DNA of 64,000 nt from Giardia intestinalis. Taxonomy: Eukaryota. The stretch is taken from NCBI GenBank assembly GCA_000002435.2, contig CM018793.1; one strand, written 5' to 3'. Both the position numbers and the translations under genes were made by a program. This document shows positions 10,701 to 19,034 of this stretch, piece after piece. Numbering within the stretch: the first letter of the stretch is position 1; every line of letters starts with the position of its first letter. The notes under the pieces were generated by a model. That model saw only the letters and a list, made by a program, of their open reading frames with translations. It made no database searches and was not told the origin of the DNA.

Positions 10701-10810
10701 ATGCAAATCCGATGATCAGCGCGTCTAATGGCGTGCCGGATTATTAAATAAGGATCTTGTGCAACTGGCTCTGAAAGTTCATAGGCTATCTCGAGGTGAG
10801 ATAAGGCCAT
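7799..10810 (-). CDS. NEK-like kinase-fold protein (predicted pseudokinase) fused to a C-terminal ankyrin-repeat array of the Giardia NEK / Protein 21.1 type.
   Basis: Kinase subdomain remnants are present: LKHP-like LSHPCLLKI, HRYICPDTIY in place of HRDLKPxN, APE at YLAPEIL, and DIWSLGC. There is no Gly loop, no VAIK Lys and no DFG. About 12 C-terminal ankyrin repeats carry the TALM signature (TALMYAA, TALMIAA, TALMHAA). Confidence 0.7.
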   Translation of the reverse strand: MALSHLEIAYELSEPVAQDPYLIIRHAIRRADHRICMCHSLSYSRLLADGESPCFDDIDLWSQLSHPCLLKIHEVLHEVQSKQVHIVVDEPLGQSMRDVISKNEKHNRYVDEKTQWKALSSLADALAYLHSPIRTNTRVNRRMAHRYICPDTIYVLESGVAQLGPPPLLHLLGIRQLSDMPTSAHRYLAPEILMMRSYGDKVDIWSLGCTLFEYGSNKPFIIDTQPALIEKRCQEFYGNVAMYNLSPVMIKLLSSLLEFQEDLRISAVDLRQHFRIKDTLLDPDTLDYYGRNHDIARSCGYITSSAVSDTTSDRATSSASSVSSTCAIESSSQIPTLDTVSMTRKTLPLADGAVFGRNSVIATSREPVTLTVETVPLTSHKNKLNSKQVTLVPEQKEHVLDNTEQEISEKKQWLSENNYGINPDLPILKYAPDIVDRLVIDFLNNHDINTITIEDILNRVTRLVPGYFPLSDDLKTHKYTSSDLVDMNVIKDVLEERLKPYREQLLTSSTVTRPATFHYGERFLPKLHRSNLGPVVLNPESRVFRKEPLSAELENQLTQASSTTGHEESLPPISTGALAMAARSNANPPNRNVSLGAYNITAILHDKYLEETPADALVLKRQYFVLFPNLLLPDLWAPDVTGLMRAAATNDMNTLRHLVCDERQLRAVDDCGRTALMYAAANNSIDAVEMLMRYEAGFISNDGATALMFASQRGSNDVVKLLLHQEAQLQTNSGTTALMIAAKYYRATTAYILLDLEAGIQDASGKTALMYASLNGDEEIAFLLAPRESGIQNINGETALMHALANGNNHIARLLYFREAGRVSNTKSTALMLCAKTNNLEIGRELVEKEGRLRNTHGDTALMHAASAGNIDLVALLHRIEGKMQNTGGLTAMMIAAQKGHLDVVRMLSAAEMRIKDYAGNTALMYAAQNNRIDIVKYLSDIEGGMQRTTGETALVDAILMNNTDIVKVLAPLERTLLLTDGRTPGDIARSVNNEEVSLIIGI

Positions 10811-10886
10811 AGAGGATAATTTTTGTCGCGACGTTACAAACTATAAGAATAAACTATAAAAAGCTCCAGGACTGACTTTCCAGACA

Positions 10887-11699
10887 ATGAACAGCGGGGC
10901 TGACTCTGTTGAAGCGAGAATACGGAAAATTGGGCAGTACGTCAATGTAGATAGGGTTGTGGACCTATGGAACAGTGTAGATAGGGACAAGGATCGGTTT
11001 CAGATACAAGGGGTTATCATTAAATCTTGGAGTGGGAGGCCCAAGACCCTTCACAACGGCTTGACATACTTTACTATTGGCTGCGAAGTTGATATTTCCG
11101 GCGTCATATTGTTAATTATGGCACCAATCCCCTACGGATATCCAAGTGAGCAGCCAAGGCCTTACATGACGACTAAGCTTTGGTACAATATCACCAGTCC
11201 CTTCTTTGATGTCAGACGCGAAAAGGACCGGCCCACGTACAGGATCACTTACAAGAGGTCGTTCTCTGCTCAAAGCTTTCTTAGTAACATGCGGATGCTG
11301 CTTAGTGACCTGAAGGATGCTCCCACCCTAGGATATACGTCGTCCTACTATGCTCTCAAAGACTCTATAGACAATGCCGAAAAAATCATCAAGAATCCAG
11401 TTCAACTGAAGCGCCTATCCAGAATAGATACAATCTTCAAGGCCTGCAATGACAGGAACCAAATAGCTAAGCAAGTCCACACGCCGTTCAATCCAGAAAC
11501 TATGTTGAGGTCTACTATAGACTCTAAGGGCTCCTCAATTCTTGAATGTTATGCAATAAAGAACGCACTTAGCACATTATTCAAAGCCGCTAACACGCGT
11601 GATGGACCCGTCTTTTCGGAGGACGATCTTGTTGAGTTGTTAGCGCTATATAAAGAATTGATAGGTCAATATCTACGGAACTACGAAGTATCCGCATGA
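10887..11699 (+). CDS. Hypothetical protein, 270 aa, with a possible UBC-fold (UEV/RWD-like) YPxxxP element.
   Basis: ATG verified. The segment PIPYGYPSEQPRPYM weakly resembles the YPxxxP motif of UEV/RWD domains. There is no active-site Cys context, so only 'hypothetical' is supported. Confidence 0.4.
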   Translation: MNSGADSVEARIRKIGQYVNVDRVVDLWNSVDRDKDRFQIQGVIIKSWSGRPKTLHNGLTYFTIGCEVDISGVILLIMAPIPYGYPSEQPRPYMTTKLWYNITSPFFDVRREKDRPTYRITYKRSFSAQSFLSNMRMLLSDLKDAPTLGYTSSYYALKDSIDNAEKIIKNPVQLKRLSRIDTIFKACNDRNQIAKQVHTPFNPETMLRSTIDSKGSSILECYAIKNALSTLFKAANTRDGPVFSEDDLVELLALYKELIGQYLRNYEVSA

Positions 11700-11781
11700 C
11701 GTATTAACATATCCATTCCACAGTTGTCTCTGGACCTTTGAAGAGTGAATGGGATTTTTCTGGCTCACTTTTTCTTAAAAA

Positions 11782-14700
11782 ATGGATGGTACGGACGGTT
11801 GCATATCCGAGGCGAAAGTATGGAAGGTTGTGGACTCGTGGTTCTACTGCCGTGGGCTTGCTGCCATGCAAATAGATAGCTATAATCATTTTGTCAAGCA
11901 CACAATGAAGAATATCATGGCCTCCTTTCCTCCGATCCAGGTCACGCGAACCGAGAACTTCTGCTGCTATAATCACATCCTCTCCTTTTCCGACCCGCAA
12001 CTAGAGCCAAACGTCCACATCAAGCCAAATGATTGTCGCATCCAGTCGTCTAGCTACATGGCGGCCATCAAGGTCAAGATTTCCTATACCATCCAGCAGT
12101 ATTCGTTCAGTAATAATGAGGGGCTTGTCCAAGAAGTCACTTATGAACCAAAGCTTATCGATTTCTGCCTCTTCCCTGTCATGGTTAATTCGTGTCTGTG
12201 TTATCTGAACACTAACAAGGTGGCAGGAAGCGACATTAAGGCTCATAGGATTATTAATGACGAGTGTCCGTATGACGAGGGTGGATACTTCATTATTAGG
12301 GGGGCTGAAAAGGCTGTAATTGCCCAAGAAGGAAATAGGCCAAACAGGCTTCTTATTCTCCCAGGTGACCCTGGTTCAAAAATTCCATACACTGCACAGC
12401 TAGTCTCCACCAATTCTACAAAGAATTTGCACAGTAAGGTAGTCCTAAAGTATTGGAGCACTAACAAGTGGGGCAGAACGATTCAAGATATTAATCAGCC
12501 GCAGATAACATTCACTATGCAAGGAATACGGGACGATCTTCCGTTATTTTTACTTATTTTAGCCCTTTGGCAAGACAATGTTTATGCAGCACGAGACCTT
12601 CTTTCAATAGTCGTCCCTGACGAGTCCGACACAGAGCTTATCGAGCACCTTCTGCCCAGCTATAACTTATTCTGCTCTACGCCTCAGTCAAGCAAGGATA
12701 AATGTATTGAGTTTCTCGCCGGAAGACTTGTTGTGGGAGAGCAAATGGATAGTGCCAAAGCAAAGTATGACCGCCTCATGAGTCATCTGTCAACACGTCT
12801 TCTACCACACATCGGAGTTACCCCGGAGTTTCATCTCGATAAGGCGTTTTTCATTGGGTATATGACCAACCTTTTGCTTCAAACAGTGGTAGGGAGACGT
12901 TCCCCAGATGACAGAGATCACTGGGGAGGTAAGCGTCTACAACTGACTGGGTCCTTGCTGGCAGATAAATTCCGATTTGAATATGAATTGTTTCTTCGCA
13001 GATTGGCGCGAAAGTTACACGATACTGGCTCTATTTTGAAAGTTAAAGAGGATATCAGCATGGTCAGCCCGAACATTGAGGGCAGCTCGTTCATACCTCA
13101 GTCGAAGTATGACACTCATGGCAAGGTACCAGGACTCGAAGACCCTAGGCGTCTCCTTGACCGTATAAAGGTTGCTGCCACAAGCTATATCTCAAAGAAT
13201 ATAACATCTGCCCTGTCAACAGGCACCTGGAAGACGAACGAGGTAGTGGGTAACACGAAATCGGGTGTCTCCCAGAGCCTCGTCAGACTAAGCTATACCA
13301 GTGCCCTCAGCCAGATCAGACGGTCCAGTTCGAGTGTTGAAGAGACCTCTAAAGCAATAGGGCCCCGCTTGCTCCATACAACTCAATTTGGATACATGTG
13401 TCCAGCAGAAACCCCCGAGGGCGCCAAGGTTGGTCTCATCAAGAACTTTTCATTAATGGCGAATGTGACCCTAGACAATCCGAAAGATGAGCACGATCTA
13501 CGTAAGCTTTTAACGGAATATCGTGTGCAGGCCTCTCACGGCCCTATTTCTGTCTTAAAGTCCTTCCACACAGTCACAAATGCTAAGAAGTTAGTCAGTG
13601 ACGTAAAGATATTTCTTAATGGCTCCTGGTTGGGCTTTATAGATCGAGAGTACGTGCAGCGCCTCATAACAGATCTTAAAAGATGGCGATTCGAGGGAAA
13701 AATTAACCGTGAAGTCAGCATTTCATATCTAGCACACAAGCAGGAGATATCTATCAGCAGTGACGAAGGACGAGTGACAAGGCCTGTATTTGTTGTGATA
13801 ACAGACATCCATCCGACCCTAAAATTAGTAACAAACCTGAGCCTAGCCATCACAGAAGAAGATGTGGAGACTCTCGCCACGATCCCACAAATGGAGCAAT
13901 GGAACAGCCTGTTGTCGGGGCTAGGGACTGGAAAGTGCATGATCGAATTTCTGGACCCCAACGAAGAGGAGATGGCCCTTATCTGTATGGATATTTACCA
14001 CTTCAAAGAGGAGATTCAAAAGGCACATACCATAAGAGATATCATACTGGCCCACGGCGAAGACAACGCCATTAATTATATAAAGGCACATAACATTCCA
14101 TTAGCAAATAACTACACACATCTCGAAATACATCCATCAATGGTTCTTTCAGCAATAACGTCACTTATTCCATTCCCAGATCATAATCAATCTCCTCGTA
14201 ACTTGTACCAGGCATCCATGGGAAAGCAGGCGGTAGGGATCTACGCACTAAACTATCTCAAACGGTTCGATACGTCTGGAATAAATGTCATGCATTATCC
14301 CCAATTGCCACTGGTCACGACCCGATCCATGCCTCATGTGAAGTTCCGCTATCTCCCTGCCGGTCAGAATGTGATAATTGCTATTGCTGTGTACTCAGGT
14401 TTCAACCAGGAAGACTCTCTCATCATGTCTCAATCCGCGGTTGATAGAGGGTTTATGCGCGCAACGTATTATCACACATATGAAGAGATGATCAGCTCTG
14501 CAGCCTCCAGTATAAATGCTCCAGATCGGATTGAGAAGTTTTGCAGGCCTATAGGCCCAAATATTAAGGGAATAAAAGACCCTGGATGTGCGTCGTACTT
14601 GGAGGCAGATGGATTGCCGCGAGTGGGGAATGCCGTTAATAGCCAGCGCTTAATTATTGGAAAGATTCGACCAAATAAGCGATCGATGAATAGCCGGGCA

Positions 14701-15663
14701 GTCTCGACATACGACTTTCAAGATGTCTCTTTGAAGGTCAAAATGGAGGAAACAGGGCGTGTTGACTCAGTAATTATCGCCCCCGACCTTCGGGAGCAAA
14801 GCTTTCTTTCAGAAGGTGTGGACTCTAACACCACGGGCGCTGAGGGGTCACTACTGGCTAAGGTGCGTGTTCGCAGCAGCCGAGTGCCGCAACTGGGTGA
14901 TAAGTTCAGCAGCAGGCACGGCCAGAAGGGGACAGTTGGTATGCTCCTTAGACACGAAGATCTCCCCTTTACCCTGGATGGGATAACGCCAGACATAATC
15001 ATGAATCCACACGCGATCCCCTCGCGGATGACCATAGGGCAGCTCATGGAGTCCGTTGCGTCCAAGCTTGGTGCCCTGTCTGGCCACGAAGTGGACGGGA
15101 CTGCATTCAACGCGCCCCCAGGGTCAACAGACAAGCAAATCGCTGCGGACTTGCACGCACGTGGGTATCAGAAGCACAACTATGAGGCAATGATGAATGG
15201 TATGACGGGCGAGATGATGACCTACCGCATATTTATCGGACCAACCTTCTATCAGCGCCTTAAGCACATGGTTCTAGATAAAATAAGTAGTCGTAACACA
15301 GGCCCAATTGTCACATTGACAAGACAGCCTAATGAGGGACGCAGTAACTATGGCGGAATGCGCATTGGTGAAATGGAAAAGGATGCCTTCATTGCTCATG
15401 GAGCCACTGCGATTCTTCGTGACCGTCTACTTTTCAGCTCAGATGTGTCTGAATTCCTAGTTTGCCAAAACTGCGGTATAATCTGTTGGCATGCTGACTC
15501 ACGCAAGCTCACCACAAAGAAATCTCCTCACTGTATGATATGTAGCGAAAGCTCCACAACAGATAGCTTTGCAAGGATCACAATACCATATGCAGCCAAA
15601 CTTTTCTTTCAGGAGATAATAGGCATGGGAGTCTTTCCACGCATTGAGGTGGAGACCCACTGA
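11782..15663 (+). CDS. RPB2: DNA-directed RNA polymerase second-largest subunit, most similar to the RNA polymerase II RPB2 pattern.
   Basis: Contains GDKFSSRHGQKGTVG (hybrid-binding motif), GGMRIGEMEKDAFIAHGA (GEMERD), YSGFNQEDS, MGKQAVGIY, and the C-terminal Zn clamp CQNCG...CMICS followed by IPYAAKLFFQEIIGMGV, which matches Rpb2 IPYAAKLLFQELMAMNI. The N-terminus MQIDSYNHFV matches LDSFxxF. The Pol II versus Pol I/III assignment rests on YSGFNQEDS and the C-terminal motif. Confidence 0.8.
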   Translation: MDGTDGCISEAKVWKVVDSWFYCRGLAAMQIDSYNHFVKHTMKNIMASFPPIQVTRTENFCCYNHILSFSDPQLEPNVHIKPNDCRIQSSSYMAAIKVKISYTIQQYSFSNNEGLVQEVTYEPKLIDFCLFPVMVNSCLCYLNTNKVAGSDIKAHRIINDECPYDEGGYFIIRGAEKAVIAQEGNRPNRLLILPGDPGSKIPYTAQLVSTNSTKNLHSKVVLKYWSTNKWGRTIQDINQPQITFTMQGIRDDLPLFLLILALWQDNVYAARDLLSIVVPDESDTELIEHLLPSYNLFCSTPQSSKDKCIEFLAGRLVVGEQMDSAKAKYDRLMSHLSTRLLPHIGVTPEFHLDKAFFIGYMTNLLLQTVVGRRSPDDRDHWGGKRLQLTGSLLADKFRFEYELFLRRLARKLHDTGSILKVKEDISMVSPNIEGSSFIPQSKYDTHGKVPGLEDPRRLLDRIKVAATSYISKNITSALSTGTWKTNEVVGNTKSGVSQSLVRLSYTSALSQIRRSSSSVEETSKAIGPRLLHTTQFGYMCPAETPEGAKVGLIKNFSLMANVTLDNPKDEHDLRKLLTEYRVQASHGPISVLKSFHTVTNAKKLVSDVKIFLNGSWLGFIDREYVQRLITDLKRWRFEGKINREVSISYLAHKQEISISSDEGRVTRPVFVVITDIHPTLKLVTNLSLAITEEDVETLATIPQMEQWNSLLSGLGTGKCMIEFLDPNEEEMALICMDIYHFKEEIQKAHTIRDIILAHGEDNAINYIKAHNIPLANNYTHLEIHPSMVLSAITSLIPFPDHNQSPRNLYQASMGKQAVGIYALNYLKRFDTSGINVMHYPQLPLVTTRSMPHVKFRYLPAGQNVIIAIAVYSGFNQEDSLIMSQSAVDRGFMRATYYHTYEEMISSAASSINAPDRIEKFCRPIGPNIKGIKDPGCASYLEADGLPRVGNAVNSQRLIIGKIRPNKRSMNSRAVSTYDFQDVSLKVKMEETGRVDSVIIAPDLREQSFLSEGVDSNTTGAEGSLLAKVRVRSSRVPQLGDKFSSRHGQKGTVGMLLRHEDLPFTLDGITPDIIMNPHAIPSRMTIGQLMESVASKLGALSGHEVDGTAFNAPPGSTDKQIAADLHARGYQKHNYEAMMNGMTGEMMTYRIFIGPTFYQRLKHMVLDKISSRNTGPIVTLTRQPNEGRSNYGGMRIGEMEKDAFIAHGATAILRDRLLFSSDVSEFLVCQNCGIICWHADSRKLTTKKSPHCMICSESSTTDSFARITIPYAAKLFFQEIIGMGVFPRIEVETH

Positions 15664-15689
15664 GTGCTACTTTCGCGCTCCAGTGCCTC

Positions 15690-15696
15690 AGTAAAT
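15690..15696 (+). promoter_or_regulatory. Poly(A)-signal-like AGTAAAT, 27 nt after the RPB2 stop.
   Basis: AGTRAAY consensus. Confidence 0.4.
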
Positions 15697-15758
15697 CTAA
15701 GTGTGCTGACCTCACGCTGGAAATAAAAATTGCACTAGGATCAACATATTAAAGCAAC

Positions 15759-17063
15759 ATGAATCAGCTGCGGACCGTCACAAATCGCGTCAAGCATGCG
15801 CGCAAGTACGATGACAAGAGTGATAGGGCTACGACAAACTTGGTCCTTGATGATCGAGTAAGAAAGCTGATTTTCAGACTAATCGAAAAGGGTGCCTTGC
15901 TCTCTGTTGATTCTGTTATTAATACAGGCAAAGAAGCCAATGTGTTTCTTTGCAACTCAGAAGCGGGCAATGTGGCATTGAAGATCTATTCCACATCCAT
16001 ACTGAGTTTTAGAAACAGGATTGAGTACGTAGAAGGTGAACATAGATTTGAAACGGTCACACGATCTCAGAAGTCCAATTCCAGACGTATGGTGAAGCTC
16101 TGGGCCGAAAAGGAATTTAGAAATTTGATTCGAACCCAACAACTGGGTTCTATTTGTATTCCCAAGCCTCTCTTTATCACCACGACCATGATTGGGCTGG
16201 AATTTATAGGATATGATCGTGCACCAGCTCCTCGCTTGAAGGACGTTATTTCTGATCTTTCACAAGCTAGGATAATCAAGCTTTACTGGTCCATCATGAG
16301 AGTTCTCCGTACTCTCTATATTGGCGCAGGCCTTGTACATGGAGATCTCTCTGAATATAATCTTTTATACCTCAACAAGAAGCTTTATCTCATCGACATG
16401 GGCCAATCTGTTCATGTGACACACCCTAACGCCCTTCAGTTTCTACGGATAGATATCATTAATATTAATTTTTTCTTTGCACGACAAGGCATCCCGGTGC
16501 TTTCAGCTCGTGAGGTTTTAGCGTTTATATGTAGTCCAAACATCCCAAAGACAGATGACATGTACTGTCGGCCAGCAAATGTTGTAGAGTATGATAGTAT
16601 GAGTCCACGCAATGCGCCTTCCCTAGATCCTAAACTCACGGCATACATACGCTATCTAAGAGCGGAGTGTGCGAGGTTGTACACTCCAGAAGAAGTCAAT
16701 GGAGAGAGGGATATCGTCAACTATCCTGTTTTTGAAAGCCTTAGCGCAATCACAGCTACCGATTACTTAGATAATAACTATGCAGACTACAGTCAGCTTC
16801 AAGCGCTTAATATTGAGCTCTATGAAAGTGATGATAGTGACAGCGAGCAATCTGAATCAGATCAAAATTCTTCTGAGGCCAATGAGGAGATAGAGGAGCG
16901 AGAACGCAACCTTAAGATGCTTAGTCGATCGGACTATAGCAAAGAGGAATGGCGCGAAATACAGAAGGAGGTTAAGAGGGATGCACAGGAGCGCCGCACA
17001 AAGAAGATCCCCAAGAGCGTTAAGAAACGAGCCGAGCTTCTTGCACGCAGAAGACGTGCATAA
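15759..17063 (+). CDS. RIO1: RIO1 atypical serine kinase.
   Basis: DRATTNLVLDDRVRKLIFRLIEKGALLSVDSVINTGKEANVF matches the yeast Rio1 block [42 protein letters not shown]. Also has the catalytic LVHGDLSEYNLLY, the metal-binding LIDMGQSV, and a C-terminal acidic/basic tail. Confidence 0.85.
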   Translation: MNQLRTVTNRVKHARKYDDKSDRATTNLVLDDRVRKLIFRLIEKGALLSVDSVINTGKEANVFLCNSEAGNVALKIYSTSILSFRNRIEYVEGEHRFETVTRSQKSNSRRMVKLWAEKEFRNLIRTQQLGSICIPKPLFITTTMIGLEFIGYDRAPAPRLKDVISDLSQARIIKLYWSIMRVLRTLYIGAGLVHGDLSEYNLLYLNKKLYLIDMGQSVHVTHPNALQFLRIDIININFFFARQGIPVLSAREVLAFICSPNIPKTDDMYCRPANVVEYDSMSPRNAPSLDPKLTAYIRYLRAECARLYTPEEVNGERDIVNYPVFESLSAITATDYLDNNYADYSQLQALNIELYESDDSDSEQSESDQNSSEANEEIEERERNLKMLSRSDYSKEEWREIQKEVKRDAQERRTKKIPKSVKKRAELLARRRRA

Positions 17064-17068
17064 TAGAA

Positions 17069-17075
17069 ATTTACA
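17069..17075 (-). promoter_or_regulatory. Poly(A)-signal-like TGTAAAT on the minus strand, 11 nt after the STPG gene stop.
   Basis: Plus-strand atttaca at 17069-17075, a variant of AGTRAAY. Confidence 0.3.
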
Positions 17076-17085
17076 AGCATTCCCA

Positions 17086-18933
17086 TTAACGCCACCTTCG
17101 TTTTGTACGTCCAGAAAGGCTAAACTTCGGGCCACCAAGCGTTGAGGGTAGTTTGTACAACCCGGGACCAGGACCCTCTCCTTGTACGGCAGAACTCGTT
17201 CTCCCCTTCAATGAAAATGCAGGCGCTGTCTTAGATAGATTTGGATCATATGCACCGGGGCCTGGGTTAGAGTTAATTCCAGACAGTTTGTGTCTACTAG
17301 ACATACTCATTGCAGGAGCGTCAGATCCAGTAGTTTTATATTGCTCGGCGTTGTAGGCCCCAGGTCCAGGATTAGTGTTTGGTCGGGCCTGGTTAGTACG
17401 TCCTGCAAGTGAATATGCCGGCATTTTGCGCTTCACTTGATCCGTAGTAGGTGTGTATGCACCAGGGCCAGGATTGTTTGATTTATTAAGTTGGCTGTGA
17501 CGCCCTGATAGGGAAAAGGACGGAGCAGACGTTTTGGTTGCCTTGGATGCTGGTGTATATGCGCCTGGTCCTGGATTCGTGTTGGGTCGATTATCCATGT
17601 GTCTACTTGCAAGAGAGAAGGCAGGAGCAGATCCTTTAGTCAGGGCGTAGGAGTCAGTTGCATATGCAGCCGGACCAGGAGTATCCTCGGGTTTGTGTAG
17701 AGGAGTTCGTCCTGCTAGCGATGATGCTGGTCCGCCTAATGTTGACTGCATAGCATATGCGCCAGGACCTGGGTTAGTATTTTGAGACTCTTGGGTTGTT
17801 CTTGACTTAAGAGAAAATGAAGGAGGCTTCGGCATAATAGGATCAAGAGCAGTTTCATATGCACCGGGACCAGGATTAGTGTTCTTCACATTGTCAGCAT
17901 GTCTACTAGCAAGAGAAGAAGCAGGGGCGTCGGATCCGGTTGTCTTATACTGTTCTGCATTATATGCACCTGGGCCTGGATTCGTATTTCTTGAATTCAG
18001 TACAGGTCTACTAGATAAAGAAAAGGCTGGGGCGGCTCGTCTTATTGGACTTTCATTCTGATCATACGTGCCTGGCCCCGGATTTGAGTTTCTAGAGTTA
18101 ATATCGCTTCGGCCCGAGAGGCTGAAGGCGGGCGCGCTGTCCTTGACAACGCCGTAGTTACCGTGATCGTACGCTCCAGGGCCGGGGTTTGTGTTGACCT
18201 CATTCGGGTTGTGCCGGGAGGCAAGGGAGTAGGACGGAGCAGCGCTCTTTATGGGGTTGACGTCTTGCTCATAGTCGCCGGGGCCAGGAGTCTGGTCCGG
18301 CTTTGCGGTTACGGTGCGGCCTGCAAGGGATGCCGCAGGCCCTCCGAGCGTGGATCCCACATCGTATGCGCCCGGGCCGGGGTTTGTATTCTTCGCCTCC
18401 ATCTCTGTGCGACTGGCCATGGAGTACGCCGGGGCCTTCTGGCGGATGGCGTCCTCGCCCTGCTCATACGCGCCCGGGCCCGGGTTGGTGTTCTTTGTGT
18501 TGTCTGCGTGTCTGCCTGCAAGAGAGGCCGCCGGCGCATCAGACCCGGTCGTCCCGTACTGCTCTGCGTTGTATGCACCCGGGCCCGGGGTGTCCTCGGG
18601 GCGGTGCGCCGCTGTCCGGCCTGCAAGGGTGTAGGCGGGAGCCTTCCTGCGGACGGCATCTTCGCCCTGGTCATAGGCCCCGGGGCCTGGATTCGTGTTC
18701 TTTGCGTCGATCCCTGTCCGGCCCGAGAGGCTGAAAGCTGGGCCCTTTAGCGTGCCTTCAGGAGTTGCGTATGCGCCAGGTCCAGGACCGGTCATGTCTA
18801 GATGTTCTGGATGCCGCCCCTTAAGAGTAAACGCAGGTGCATCACCTATTGTTGAGCCAATTGTGTAGCCAGCAGGTCCTGGCCCGTCTGTCGTGTAATC
18901 GACGTAGCCGTCGAAGTCGTCTTCCACGGGCAT
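17086..18933 (-). CDS. Sperm-tail PG-rich (STPG/SHIPPO) repeat protein, presumably axoneme-associated, with about 17 PGPGAY repeat units and a 3-copy higher-order duplication.
   Basis: Unit repeated about 17 times: NTNPGPGAY-x-(S/A)AP(A/S)(F/Y)SL(A/S)(G/S)R. The block GAYNAEQY(G/K)TTGSDAPAxSLAxRHADNxKNTNPGPGAY occurs three times. ATG verified at 18931-18933. Confidence 0.8.
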   Translation of the reverse strand: MPVEDDFDGYVDYTTDGPGPAGYTIGSTIGDAPAFTLKGRHPEHLDMTGPGPGAYATPEGTLKGPAFSLSGRTGIDAKNTNPGPGAYDQGEDAVRRKAPAYTLAGRTAAHRPEDTPGPGAYNAEQYGTTGSDAPAASLAGRHADNTKNTNPGPGAYEQGEDAIRQKAPAYSMASRTEMEAKNTNPGPGAYDVGSTLGGPAASLAGRTVTAKPDQTPGPGDYEQDVNPIKSAAPSYSLASRHNPNEVNTNPGPGAYDHGNYGVVKDSAPAFSLSGRSDINSRNSNPGPGTYDQNESPIRRAAPAFSLSSRPVLNSRNTNPGPGAYNAEQYKTTGSDAPASSLASRHADNVKNTNPGPGAYETALDPIMPKPPSFSLKSRTTQESQNTNPGPGAYAMQSTLGGPASSLAGRTPLHKPEDTPGPAAYATDSYALTKGSAPAFSLASRHMDNRPNTNPGPGAYTPASKATKTSAPSFSLSGRHSQLNKSNNPGPGAYTPTTDQVKRKMPAYSLAGRTNQARPNTNPGPGAYNAEQYKTTGSDAPAMSMSSRHKLSGINSNPGPGAYDPNLSKTAPAFSLKGRTSSAVQGEGPGPGLYKLPSTLGGPKFSLSGRTKRRWR

Positions 18934-19034
18934 AAGCGGAAATTACAGAGTTCCTTGCGCAAAATTCAATTATATAATTATACTGAAATGTATAATTATA
19001 CTTCTCTATAATATTATGCGATGCACATTTTGCG

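Noticed and set aside
10887-11699. Calling the 270-aa protein a Vps23/TSG101 UEV domain.
   Set aside because: Only a loose YPxxxP-like stretch supports it. There is no convincing alignment across the UBC fold, so it is left as hypothetical.
17153-18750. Several long plus-strand ORFs (for example 18163-18750, 18303-18734, 18314-18634, 17879-18061) inside the GC-rich part of the STPG gene, some encoding APGPG-containing peptide.
   Set aside because: They are antisense to a well-supported repeat gene. The PGPG codons CCCGGGCCCGGG are self-complementary, so the opposite strand also reads PGPG/ARAR without stops. These ORFs are a compositional artefact.
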